From Raillietiella orientalis (lineage: Eukaryota): a DNA stretch of 64,000 nt. Shown one piece after another: positions 48,501-59,310 of the stretch (its first letter is position 1; each line of letters starts with the position of its first letter). The position numbers and the translations under genes were made by a program. The notes below the pieces were generated by a model. It saw nothing but the letters and a program-made list of their open reading frames with translations. It did no database searches and was not told the DNA's origin. The stretch is taken from assembly GCA_036172245.1 (NCBI GenBank), contig JAYWIR010000005.1, positions 1,426,001 to 1,490,000 of the forward strand, in the 5' to 3' direction.

Positions 48501-50570
48501 AATGCTTTGCAGGACAACAACGGGACCATAGAAAACATCGAGCTCACCGGATTCCTCAAGGACCTTCTGGAGTTGGTGAAACAGGTATGCGGGCCGGGCT
48601 GTCCGTCGTTTGGTTTCGCCGCGAATCGATATATGGATAGAAGGACAGAGGAGGATCCATCCTTCCGTGCCTGCATCTGTCCTTCACGCTTGCTGGAGGG
48701 CGAAGGAGCCAAGTTATGGTGGTTCCCGTGGTTCTCGATCCAAGCGCGACGCTCGCCGGTGTGGAGAACTGAGAGTCGGCTCCAGAAAACCTCCATCCGC
48801 AAGCTCCAGCTTCAGCGGCAGCATCACGAGGACAGGAGGAAAGAAAACAGGAAAACGAGGACGAGAATTCCTCTCTCCTCTAAGAGCAAAGACTCCAGGA
48901 CCAGCCGAAAGTTGACGGTGCACTCGCTTCCCCTATTCCACTGGCACGTTCTTGTCGACTGCGCCGGACGAGTTCCTTGCAGCTCTCTCGACCGGGGTCA
49001 ATACTGTGTTCTTCGGATACGGGAAACCCCTGTGGTCGGAAAGGGTTGCCGAGGCCGCCTGCAAGAAGGGGAGAAGCCCAGTCTGAGGGGCACCCACGTG
49101 CGCCCAGTGACCTGGGAGTTCCATCCCTTTCTCTGTCCTTTCCCTTCCTCTTCCTCCTCCTTCTCCATCCTTCATTTCTCCTGATGGAGAATTTCGTCCG
49201 TGTTCATCCATTACGGAAGAATCATCTGCTGCAGGAAGCAAGTAGTCACCCTGAATCCCCCGAGGCGAGGCGATCTCCGTTCCAAGGAAATGCGCGCGAA
49301 GCACCGGGGCGAAGAGAGGTGAGCGCAGAAGCGCGAGACCTCGTTCGACTGGAAAGCCGCAAAGGGAGGTCCTTGAGGAGTTGGAACGGGACTGCCACCC
49401 GAAGACGCTGCGGATGGAGATGGGGACAGCGGAGAAACGGATCCCGCGATCCCGGAGTCCTCTCAAGACGTCTGTGCGCGCACACGGGGGCGTTCGCCTC
49501 CCGCCGCAGGGAAGTCGAGCGCTCGCGGCCTTCACCGACTGAAACCGATTGCTCCGGATGGACCCCATCCGAGTCTACGAAGAGGTTCCCGACTGCCTTC
49601 GTCGAATGGTGGATGTCGGCCTCTGGAACGAACCCGGCGCGTTTCCGTTGATGGAAGGCATCGCCACTACCACCGCCGCGTAGGTGGCGGTGGCGAATGG
49701 GCACTTGGAAGACCTCGCCATAATGACGGCGACAGGAATGTGTGCGTGTGTTTTTTTTACTCCTCCCCCTCCCGCCTTTCTTCCTCTTCGGAAGAGTGCT
49801 ACGCAATCCACACCTTGAGCGGAGCGCCGCTCGAATCCGGAGGTCTCAAGTCGAAGATTTGAGGGGAGCGTGGAAAACGGAAATCAGAGTAAACAGGCAG
49901 CAGGAAAGAACCAGGGGCACATCTCGAAGAGGTTCTTCCGCAGGCTGGGCTTAGCTCTTGGAGCAACAAAAGATGGACGGAAGGAAGGCAGCACTGCTTT
50001 CTGAGAAGACATTCGGCAGCTGCCCGGCACGTGCGGGAGCAGCGGTGAAGATGCTGCACGGGGAGACGATACTCGGGCCGTCATTGATCAGTGCGTGTGG
50101 GACGGTAAGCGATATCGATCGAGGAACATTAGAAGATGCGGAAATCTCTCGTGCTCTGGGAGGACCTTTCGGCGCGCCTTCCTTCCCATCGGACGGAGGA
50201 AGCCCGGTCGGCACACACACCGGGAGGGGAACCGTCTCCTCCGACGGCGCTGAGGTGCTGCTGCTGGCGTTCTCGTGGCAGGTCGTGGGAAGAGGGGAGG
50301 GGAGGATTCTGCGAATGCAAAAGTAGGCTCGGGGAGGCATCCTTTCTTCCCGGGGTATCCCGAATGTGGTCGTCTGGTGCGATAAACATTTCTCTGACGA
50401 CATTTAAAGAAAATTTTTTTCAGGATTACGACGCTAAGGATTTGGAGGAATTCAAGGATACGATCCTGCAAGGATGCGACTTCGGTCGGGGAAAGAAGAT
50501 CAACCGCAAGGAACTAACGATGATTCTTCTGGCGCTTGCCAAGTTTGGCGCTGAAGAAGACGCCACTTAG
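36425..50570 (+). CDS. Cbp53E: Calbindin-32 / Cbp53E orthologue (six-EF-hand calbindin/calretinin/secretagogin family), 11 coding exons, 307 aa
   Basis: join(36425-36563,36653-36741,36800-36889,36951-37037,37168-37224,37278-37361,37965-38020,38182-38227,38517-38573,48513-48584,50424-50570) gives 924 nt, all introns GT-AG, no internal stop. Peptides NFMRQFRDRESREL, QLLPMEENFILLFRFDNPL, LLPVKENFLCRQIFK and RKELTMILLALAK match Drosophila Cbp53E as I recall it. Confidence 0.95.
36653..36741 (+). CDS. Cbp53E: Calbindin-32 coding exon 2
   Basis: NGYIEGAELDSFLREFVSSVNVNDDAGPE; AG/GT boundaries. Confidence 0.92.
36800..36889 (+). CDS. Cbp53E: Calbindin-32 coding exon 3
   Basis: VVPESMLRELKACFMEAYDNNQDGKIDIRE; donor GTGAGT. 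Confidence 0.93.
36951..37037 (+). CDS. Cbp53E: Calbindin-32 coding exon 4
   Basis: LAQLLPMEENFILLFRFDNPLDSSVEFMK; donor GTAACC. Confidence 0.93.
37168..37224 (+). CDS. Cbp53E: Calbindin-32 coding exon 5
   Basis: IWREYDRDNSGFIEADELK; weak donor GTTGCC. Confidence 0.92.
37278..37361 (+). CDS. Cbp53E: Calbindin-32 coding exon 6
   Basis: NFLRDLLREAKKHNEVTEDKLIEYTDTM; donor GTGAGT. Confidence 0.93.
37965..38020 (+). CDS. Cbp53E: Calbindin-32 coding exon 7
   Basis: LRIFDTNQDGKLQLSEMAK; donor GTGAGT. Confidence 0.93.
38182..38227 (+). CDS. Cbp53E: Calbindin-32 coding exon 8
   Basis: LLPVKENFLCRQIFK; donor GTACGT. Confidence 0.93.
38517..38573 (+). CDS. Cbp53E: Calbindin-32 coding exon 9
   Basis: GGSKVTKDDIERVFSLYDR; donor GTGAGT. 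Confidence 0.93.
40060..40445 (+). mobile_element. Partial body of the composite SINE-like repeat (intron 9)
   Basis: Shares blocks such as CAGAGTGTCAGAAGAGCGCTGCTCCCTTCGGGG with the copies at ~40790, ~55150, and on the reverse strand ~34190 and ~51650. Confidence 0.7.
40460..41260 (+). mobile_element. Composite SINE-like repeat: tRNA-like head plus body (intron 9)
   Basis: B-box-like GGTTCGGATCCC at ~40526-40537, followed by GGGTCGACGCCGAGAACGAGGGGGTG and CCGGGACTGGAAGTTGACCCTCCGAGGTC; both align with the reverse complement of 60590-60780. Confidence 0.7.
48513..48584 (+). CDS. Cbp53E: Calbindin-32 coding exon 10
   Basis: DNNGTIENIELTGFLKDLLELVKQ; acceptor TTTGCAG, donor GTATGC. Confidence 0.93.
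50424..50570 (+). CDS. Cbp53E: Calbindin-32 coding exon 11 (terminal)
   Basis: DYDAKDLEEFKDTILQGCDFGRGKKINRKELTMILLALAKFGAEEDAT*; acceptor TTTTTTTCAG. Confidence 0.93.
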   Translation, partial: DYDAKDLEEFKDTILQGCDFGRGKKINRKELTMILLALAKFGAEEDAT

Positions 50571-50675
50571 TGCTCCCAGCCTCCGCTTCGAATCTTCCCT
50601 TGCAGTCATAGATGTTGTTCATGATCGATGTTGCGGACATCTCCGACGAGCTTATCAGTGTTTCCTTATGTTTTT

Positions 50676-50681
50676 AATAAA
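50676..50681 (+). promoter_or_regulatory. Candidate polyadenylation signal of the calbindin gene
   Basis: First AATAAA after the stop codon, ~105 nt downstream. Confidence 0.6.
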
Positions 50682-51299
50682 CACGTGGTCGCAGAATGAG
50701 AGCCCGCTGCGGCTGCTGCTGGACTGCAAGTGCAGCAGCAGCACTCCTCGTGAAGAACTGGGATCTCTTCTTCCGCTGGACCGGCTGGAGACTAGCGGTC
50801 CGCGAAAGATACCCGCAAACCGCGTAAGGAGACAACCGAGAATTCTCCATCATTCGTTTCTTCGTATTCCTTTTTTTTTTTGGCACCCGAAATTTCAGGA
50901 AATCGGAATGCAGGGACGTAAGGGGACATTCCCCATCATTTGCTGGGTATTAGCTGCTGGCAAAGAGCAATGCGGACAAAGAGAAGCAATGCGAGCCATT
51001 AATCTCGATTACTGCAGCATGCCGCGCGGCTTTTCTGCAGTTCTAAGAAGGTCGCCACTCTTATCGAACAGACGGGGCAATTTCGCGGCCTTTTTTTTTT
51101 TTTATCCTACTAGAGAGGATGCTCCTTCGCTTGGATGCCGCCGAATTTCCGAAACCGCTTTCCTTTTCTAGGGGATTTTCTCAGGTCAGCATCCCCCACT
51201 TGGAAAAGGATGAACCTTTCGCATCAGTTGCTTTCCAGCTTTCAACAGTGGTATCAGCCCCGCATGGCATGCAAGCCTACCAGATACCTCATGGATCCG

Positions 51300-51790
51300 C
51301 CTTCACATGGGTTCACTCTTCAGAACTCTCAAAGTACAGTCACGCCAAACCAGGGAGCAGACTCTTCAAGGGGAGAGGACAACCGACCACCCTATGAATC
51401 CAGGAAGGACTCCGAAGGAAGGAGTGCGTTTCTCTCACGTTCAGGAGGGAGTCTTGCAACCTGGTTGTTTCCGAAGGGAATCCGGAAAGGATCCATTCCT
51501 GGAATTGTTACCTGCTTCGGCGGTACATATACTAAAATTTCTCCTCCGGAGAGCAACTGCGAGGCAACCGCCCCTTGTTTCCTCTGAAGACAACCCCGGA
51601 AGGACGCTTCCCGATTTCTCGGGAAAGCGCTTCCCGGAGGAAGCAGCGCGCTTCTTAACACTCTAGAGGAGCAACCCCCGAGGGGAGTATCAATCAGCTC
51701 CATCAGGAGGGGAACCTTGAAAGGCTCCTTGATTCCTGGAAGAACCCAGGAGAGTCGACTCTGCCAATCCTGGCCACTTAGCGGGGCACC
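51300..51790 (-). mobile_element. Body of the composite SINE-like repeat
   Basis: ATGAATCCAGGAAGG..., GCAGCGCGCTTCTTAACACTCT... and GTATCAATCAGCTCCAT blocks are shared with the other copies. Confidence 0.7.
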
Positions 51791-51849
51791 CAACTCCCAC
51801 TGGCGTCTCACCTGGATAGGTCATCTTGCGGGAGAGACTAAAAATTCGC

Positions 51850-53050
51850 GCACCCCCATTCTCGATGCCGATCCCCAGGCGGAATTCTAATCAGCGACTC
51901 CCGGTGCCACTCGCGGAGATCGTAGCAACAAGGTCTCCAACACGGCCAGTGTGACCATCCCGCGGGCCCGCAGGCGCACGACGCGGACCTCCTGGTTTCC
52001 GCACATCTCTGCGACATCTTTGGCTGACCCGATGTGCTCGCCGACCATCTGCCAAGGGCTGTGTTCTGAAAAGCGCCCCCTGGCAAGTTCTCGTTCTGTT
52101 CGGCGCTCCTTCGCTGGATCGGAACAGCAGCCGTCAGAGCAAACATTGGCGTATTTGCGTTTCACCTCTGCGGATGCCGGAGACGGATTGCCAGGCCTGA
52201 ATCAGCACGCTGGACATTGGACCTGTATGCCGATGCCATCCATCAGTTTCGAGTCAGCAGCGAGAGGACTGCGAGACCTCGGACGGCGAGAGAGCACTGC
52301 AGAGGGAACACGCATGGCGATCCCTGGCCCAGAAACACAAGAGTCAGGGGAAAACCATGCAGTGTGTGGGCATGCACCACACCTCAACCTTCCTTCACAC
52401 CAACGGGAAACCTCCTGAGATTCCAGGACAACCAAATCATCCACGCAGCAAGACTCAACGTACCACCAGTCAACGCTGAGCCAAGAATGGAACCGGAGAA
52501 TCGCTCATGTGGACAGAAGATCAAACGTTGTCCCACATACTAAACCGAGGCCAAGAATCAAGTTCCTCTGTTCGTGGCACGCCACAACACGATTCAAGAG
52601 ATGATCAGAAAGCCCAGAGGGTGAAGCGAAATGGACCCTCGTGTCCAACCAGGGAATTCCAAGAACAAATTCTCTCCTTAAACCGGACCTGGTCACGGAA
52701 AAAAGGAAACCGCGTATTCGTGCTGGAACGTCTGCTGCCCTTACGAAAATGGGAGAGAGGCGTTCAGCACAGCCAGAAGAAGCAAAGAAGGAAAATACAA
52801 GAATGTACCCCTACATCTGGGAAAAGGGGGAAGGCAATGCAAGGTACATGCATTCATCGTTGACTCTCTGGGAGCATGGGACCCAGGAAACGAGGAAGTA
52901 CTGCAAGACCTAGGAATCCCAAAGAAGAAACTGGTGGAAACGAGGCACCAGATGGTGGTTTCGTGTATCCGGCGGTACTCCAGCGACATCTGTGCAGTCC
53001 ACGTCACGCGGAAAGGCGACAACCAGCCGGAGAACCCTAGCAGTCTGCTT
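51850..53050 (+). mobile_element. Second Utopia/NeSL-like RLE retrotransposon C-terminal relic
   Basis: QGKTMQCV, GNLLRFQDNQIIHAARLNVPP, QTLSHILN, LKPDLV, HAFIVDSLGAWDPGNEEVL and YSSDICAVHVT appear in order across frameshifts. Confidence 0.78.
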
Positions 53051-53699
53051 TACCATACGGAGGACAGGAAGCGGAGGGAACAGCATGATGAGAGGCGACG
53101 ATTGCCCCAGATGAACAGTGGAGGAACTGCGAAAGGATGTCCAGAGCCTCCCTGAAACCAGTTATGTAACTTGAATATGAACAATGAAGTTTCCTTCCAG
53201 AATCTTCGGTTCTTTCCGGAGCAAATGGTTGGAAAGGAAGCCAATCGTCTTTCTGCCTCCGACTCGAAGAAGAATGGCTGCACAGAAGGATGCTGCTGTG
53301 GCAACCCTCCAGCTGAGACTCCAACGTGGCGAGACCTCAGTACCAAGTGACAAGCGCACGTGGGTGAAGCGCCCTGTGGAAACGGTCTTCGCCACGGGGA
53401 GGTTGCGATTCTGCAGTTGAAAGCCGCGGGCTCAACCACCGCGAATCGGCAGCACCGGCTGCTCAAATAGCGATTGACGCTGACGACTGCTCTCTTGAGA
53501 TTCGCGGCCATCGTTCGATCCAAAAATGTCCCAGCGTTCCGGCCACTCCTAAAAAATGCGCTTCTGACCTCTCAGGTCCAGCCTCGATTCGGCTCAAGGT
53601 CACACGGAACCGACCCTGACCTGACCTGACCTCACCGCAAAGCACAAGCGAACGCGGACTTTCGGCTCGCGCGCCGTGGATTTCTCCTCGCGAGATGCC

Positions 53700-54127
53700 C
53701 TCGACTCCTCCTGTGTGCGCGGGCACTGCCCTCCAGGCCGAAGGAAGGACGGCGCTGTTGCTGCAGATGTGGGAGAATCTCCCCGTTACCCTAACCCCTC
53801 CTTCTTCCCCTCCCTCCTTTCTTGGCATTTGCGTCAATGGCCGGACAACTCACCACGAGGAGTCAGGACGAGCTGATGACCCTCTCCCTCCTCTCCCAAA
53901 ATCAAGAGCGCTACACTGAAAGATCTGGGAGCTGGTTGCCGCCGACAGGACCGTTCCGGAAGCAGACTTGGAGCGGAAGGGCTCATCCGGCGCTCCAAGA
54001 CGAAAGAAAAGTCGTCGTGCTGGATTTCGATTGCCTTCGCGAGCATTCATCAGCAGGAGCAGCGCCGAAGAAGGAGGGCAAAGTAATCGATGATTGGCTC
54101 TTCACTTCGCCGCTCGGCACTGCATGA
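53700..54127 (+). mobile_element. Possible RLE-type retrotransposon C-terminal fragment of another family
   Basis: A CCRCG-like finger remnant followed by KVVVLDFDCLRE...APKKEGK, resembling a PD-(D/E)xK RLE segment; heavily decayed. Confidence 0.35.
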
Positions 54128-54969
54128 GCGATAGGAGTGGGATCTCCGGGATTTGGGGATTCGGGAGATGATGAAGTGTTGAGGGAATTGAGAATTCTCA
54201 AGGAGTAGGACGGTGCACAAAGGAGATGGATCGGCGCGCGCTCGAGCTTGCGGGAAGCACCGGCAGGTGAGCTGGGTGGGTCACTGTGATGGAAGAGCGT
54301 TCGAAAGAAAAAAAAAAAAGAAGGCACGGGAAGGGGAGGGACAGGAGGAGCAGGAGAGTATATGGAGCACCCGTCCTGCGCTTCCTCACTCGGTCCGCAG
54401 TTCTGGCTTGCCATGACGTCATTCTCACGCGGCGAGGATCCGAGCGGCCGCTCCGCCGGCGCCGGACAGGCTTCGCTCAGCATTGCGCTGGGGAAACGCC
54501 CGTAGGTCCCTTCCCGAAAATTCTGAAATTTCGGCGACCCAACGGACTGGTAGCCGTGCGGCTGCGGAGTCCTTGAGCGGGGAGAGGCGAGGAGACATCT
54601 CCTTCCCCGAGTTTCCCTTCCTGAGAGGGAAGCCGGCAGCGTCCCGTTTCCTCGGTACCGAGGATGTTCCTGGAACACTCTCGATCGAGCTGGGAGAACC
54701 CTTCTTGTTCGAGAAGGAACGGAAAGCGTCCGCATCCCGGAGATTCGCGTCCGTGCGGTCTCCTCCGACTGAGTCTAGCGAGGTGGAAACGCGCTCTCGT
54801 TGCGATGGCGACGATAAACCGTTGCGAGTTCAAATCCCCGCATGGACGATCCAAGCTGAGAACGGGAAGGGGGTGAGGGTGAGTTTGGAGTTTCCCTCCC
54901 TTTCCTCGGCAGGACGACGCTCGTTGGTCCACGGGCTTTGGGTGCGGCACTGGTGTAGAGGCCAGACCC

Positions 54970-55730
54970 CCCGTTGACTGGCCGGGATTGGAACATTGGC
55001 GCCCTCTGGGGTCCTTCCAGAAATCGAGGAGTCCTTCCAGGTTCTCTTCCGGCTATGAAGATGGAGCCGTCCTCCCCTATTGAGGGAGGGGGCACTCTGG
55101 ATCGCGTGCCATGGAGCTGGTTGATACCCTCCCTTGAGGGGTTGCCTCCCCAGAGTGTCTGAAGCGCGCTGCACCCTTCGGGGTTCTTTTCGGGGGAGGG
55201 GAACAGGAGTGGATCCTTTCCTGGGGATCTCTCCGGAGAAGAAGCGAGGAGTTTCCTCCCCCAGAGGGTCCTTCTGGAGAGAATGAGGAAGAGATTCTCC
55301 CTTCGGGGTTCCCTTTGGGGACGACCAAGGCATCGCCAAAGTCGTCTCCGAAGGTTGGTAGCCCCAGAGTCGTTTTATCCGCTCTTCTTTGCTCCGGATG
55401 CCCTGCGGCCAGACGCGGCTGCAGCAGAGTTTCTCTACGTCCGCGGGACTGTGGCTGTCAGGAGCGAAGCCGACAGAGGAAGAAACAGGAGGGACGCCAT
55501 CCAGTCCGCAGTTCGCCTTCCTCAGATAGAGGCCGGACGGTCCCACCTATTCGGATGGACCTAGCTGGCATCCTGGGAAGGATGCAGAGGAGTCCCTCCA
55601 GTGGACAATGGCCCCTTCCCGACTCTCCCAAAGATATTTATTTATTTTTATTCACTCTTCGTTTTCTCCTCTCCTCCTCCGCCTGCGAGGGGAGCCCCGC
55701 CAGCCTGAGCACCTGCAACCCGTGAACAAA
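54970..55730 (+). mobile_element. Internally deleted composite SINE-like copy (body plus Tx1 3' tail)
   Basis: Body 54970-55330 runs directly into LFFAPDALRPDAAAA...IRMDLAGILGRM and a T-rich UTR with a decayed structure motif. Confidence 0.7.
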
Positions 55731-55779
55731 CGGATTGTGGTCGGACCACATGTTCCACCACAATCTATGAATTTCTTTT

Positions 55780-57016
55780 CAGAGACTTTTCAGAGACTTT
55801 CCCTTCGGGGTTTCCCTCCCAAGCGTAAGAGGAACGAACTCCTTCCTCCGAAGCCTTCCTGGATTTATAGTGTGGTCCCCACGGTGCTTCCTCCCTACCT
55901 GAAGAGTAGCACGCACGCTGGGGTGGCGTGAGCAGTTTCGAAAGAGTTTCGTGAACTCACTCCGAGAAGAGGCAAGAGGTTCTTCAGTACTTGGCAGCCC
56001 CCTAAAAAAAAAACCTAAAAAAGAAAAAGAAAAAAAAGAGAAACAAACAGAAGAACCCGAAAGGGTTTTCATCATCTTCGCCACCCCTTTTGCCCCAGTG
56101 CCGCCCTCCCTGAGGGACATAAGGGACAGCGCGATCCTGGCAAGTGGGAAGCGACGTGCTACATAGCAGCAAAGAAAAAACTTTTGGGGCGTGGACGACT
56201 CTGGAAGTGACGGATGCTTTGACCCCGAGTGTGAGGTCCCACCCCACGGACCTCTACGCTGGGGAGAGCTGCTCGGCATCCCTCCGGAGGAGGGGAATCG
56301 GACCTCAGAACCAGTTAGAAAGCGAACCTGTTAGAAAGCGACACCCTCCTCATCAAGTGGCGGGGGTTGGCGTTGCTCGTGGTGCATGGGGGAATCCCAC
56401 GCAAAACGCGCCTTCACCAGTGGACACGGAAAGAAGCAGTGAGCGCTCAGAGTGTGGCAGGTGCGGGGAGAGGGAGACCCTCCCGCTCCTATTGTTGGAC
56501 CGTGCTGCCCTCCGACCCCTTTGGTATCACCTCGCGACGATCCTAGGTATCCCAGTAGGCGGTCCCACAAGCATTTTGGGACGTCTCTTCGCGCGTGGTT
56601 GCGCACTGCTGCCAGCCGCTTCCCCCACAGTTCTCTGCTGTTTCCGCGTCAGCCTGGAGCGCCAGAAGAAGAGGCCGAAATGACAGGGACGCGATCCACT
56701 GGGCACAGATCTTCCTGAGGACCCCTCGAGATGGCCCCACCCAGGCGCTATACAGACGGAACTTGCCGGTATCTTGAACATGATGCAAAGGACGCCTGGC
56801 AGCGTACCATGATCCCTTCCTCGGTCTCCTTTCCCTCACCGTGTACGAATTCCTCTCCCCTATTTTGTGTGTTTATTTATTTTTTGCTTTTGTTTTCCCC
56901 TCCCCCGCTCTGCCGAAGTGGACCGCGCTGGTCTGCGCACCGCTCTTCGGCAGATTCCTTGAACACCAATGCACTTTTATTACGTTGCGTAATAAATGCC
57001 CCTGCAGAACCGGGGG
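55780..57016 (+). mobile_element. Composite SINE-like copy (3' body plus Tx1 3' tail)
   Basis: Body 55780-56010, then CGRCGERETLPLLLLD, UTR motif at 56909-56954, AATAAA at 56991-56996 and the terminal hairpin. Confidence 0.75.
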
Positions 57017-58211
57017 ATGATCATCCAAGGTCAATAGCAGCGATCTCCCTTTGAGGTTGCTGCTGGCCTGTAAAAAAAGAAAAAAATTCCGAAACACTCC
57101 GCCGTTAGCACGCTGCATCAAAAGAGTGGATTCTGGAGATTCCTACTTGACATCCTCCTCCCTTCCACCCCCCCCCCCCCGCCTGCCTCCTTTTTCCTTT
57201 TTTTCCCCTTCTTTCTCCGCACCAAGATTTCCGATTCCCACAGCAGCCATGTTCTCCAAGATGAAAAATGGGGAGTATAAACGTCAGTTCAATACACGTC
57301 GTTGGATGATGAAGAGCACTGGAGCGGCTGACTCTTGTAGGAGCTCGGTCCATGAAATATTCATGATTTTATGTTAAACGGTCATAAAGACCTCCCACCG
57401 GCGGTGCGTTCCGGGAAGCCCGAACCCCGGAGTGGCAGCTGGTTCCTGTCGAGAGGGGCGATTCCCATCTCCTGTACCCTTGGCAACGAAAGTCCTTTCT
57501 TCTTTAGCGAACCGCAGCCCACGATCGGTAGCGGTGTTCCGTCACCTTGCTGATGATCGACCTCCGCGTTGGTCGGGCGTTTTTCTCCAGCGCTGCGCTT
57601 CCGCGTCGGGTCACCTGCCGCGCTGCACACGCTGTTCGGGTCACGCAGCCAGGTTGGAGCGGTCTCCTTGGGTCCGTCCAAGGTCACGCTCAAGGATTAG
57701 CAAGGCGCTTTGCTCGCTTCGGAACATCCGGCCGGATTTCCGGGGACGCTGCCTCTGACGTCAGCTCGGTGCGCGGGAATGACGCTGCCTCCTAGAGGCG
57801 GAGCCTTCCGAACTTCAGGCTCGAAGACCTCTGGAGACTGCACCAAGACATATCCTGGATATGCCAGATGTCCTGCATCTCACCTCTTCAAAATGCCTTT
57901 CTTTTGGGTCAGCTTTCAGGTCGCCATCTTGCGGCCCGAGTCGCCCGAGGACTGTCCTCCGAAAGGACCAGTCGTGAAAGGGGTCCTCGAAGAGGACTGC
58001 AGTCTGCCTGCGACACAGCAGAGGGCACCCAGCTTCGTCGTCCTTGACAGCGACCGAGGAGGCCACTTCGATCCACTTCCCATCCCGCGGTCCCCTAGAT
58101 CGAATGGCATCCTGATTCCCTCGACGGCATCCTGACCTCCTCCCTCAAGGTCAGCTCCCTCCCTGGTGCCTCTCCCGCAGCGAAAACGCTGCCCTCCGTC
58201 GAGGTCATCCA

Positions 58212-58525
58212 TTAAGCATCCCGCGCACCATTCGTGTTGAAAACATACTCAATAATGATTCCAGCCGATCGCTCCATCTCGTATCCAAGTCTCAAATCAC
58301 GGTGTTTATCATCATCATCACTCAACTTGGTGTCTTGCATCATACGCACAACAACCTCTTCGAAGGCCGTTTGTCCACAGTTATCTTGCACGCTGACATC
58401 AGGCTGGTATTGCAGAAGTGTCTGAAGGACTCCCACGTCCGCAAAAGCGTCCGCATAGTGGAGCACCGTTTTCCCATGTTTGTCCCTGGCGTTGATGTCC
58501 GCTTTGACGTCTCTAGAATTCTCTG
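58212..58525 (-). CDS. Ankyrin-repeat coding segment (about two repeats); orphan exon or gene fragment
   Basis: ADINARDKHGKTVLHYA and PDVSVQDNCGQTAF fit the ankyrin consensus, and the frame is open to TAA at 58212. The ATG at 58592 belongs to the adjacent LINE terminus. Confidence 0.75.
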
Positions 58526-58561
58526 CGAATTGGATGAGAAATCGTCGATGGGACACTGGGG

Positions 58562-59200
58562 TGTTTCCACCCGATTGCGCCGGGGTGTTCATTTTTTTTT
58601 AAAAAAAAGAAAAGAACGGAAAACAAAAGGAGTCTGTTAAAATTAAGGGTTGAGGACGAGGAAGGAAGGGACCACATCCTGCGATGTGGGGATGTTGGGA
58701 TCGCTGCATCCTTTGTTTGATGCTCCTCTTGGTATGATGGCAGGCGGCTCAATCTTATCGCAATCCGAATGAAGACCGGACAGGGTGGTGGTGGCACCCC
58801 TGTACTCTCTCTCGGATTCGCTCCTGGAGACTCCCACGCGGATAGCACGGCGCTGCTGCTGAGCTGCAGCTGGCGACCAGGCACCCCGCGCAAAGAGGTT
58901 CCTCCAACGGCTTTCCGGGTTGTCTGCTGTGCTCCGCTCCTACAGTGCCATCGTGGAGAACCCCAGTACGAAGAGAAGAGTCTCCATGGAGATTACGGTG
59001 ATGGAAGGAGACTGGACAGTGGATCTGGGCGCTCCCTGGAGCAGAGAGCGCCCAGGAAAACCAGTTCTGACTCTGGGGAGGAGGCGGCTGGCGCTCCATA
59101 GTCCTGAACACGCCGGAAAGTATTGCTCGAGGGCAAGGAGTAGGTGGGGAACGGAGGAAGGGAGGGGCGTTCCCAGGTGGAGCTAGCTCCGACGGCGAGA
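58562..59200 (-). mobile_element. Divergent Tx1-like 3' end
   Basis: Terminal AATGAACACCCCGGCGCAATCGGGTGGAAA on the minus strand; LFARGAWSPAAA-like peptide upstream. Confidence 0.6.
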
Positions 59201-59310
59201 TCAGAGGCAGCTCAAGAACGTTCCCGCGGGCTCTCAGCCCAGCCAGCCAACCCTATAGCTGCGGGGCAGCGCCGGAAGCGATTCGTCGACCGAGCAGTGG
59301 CCGGATTATA

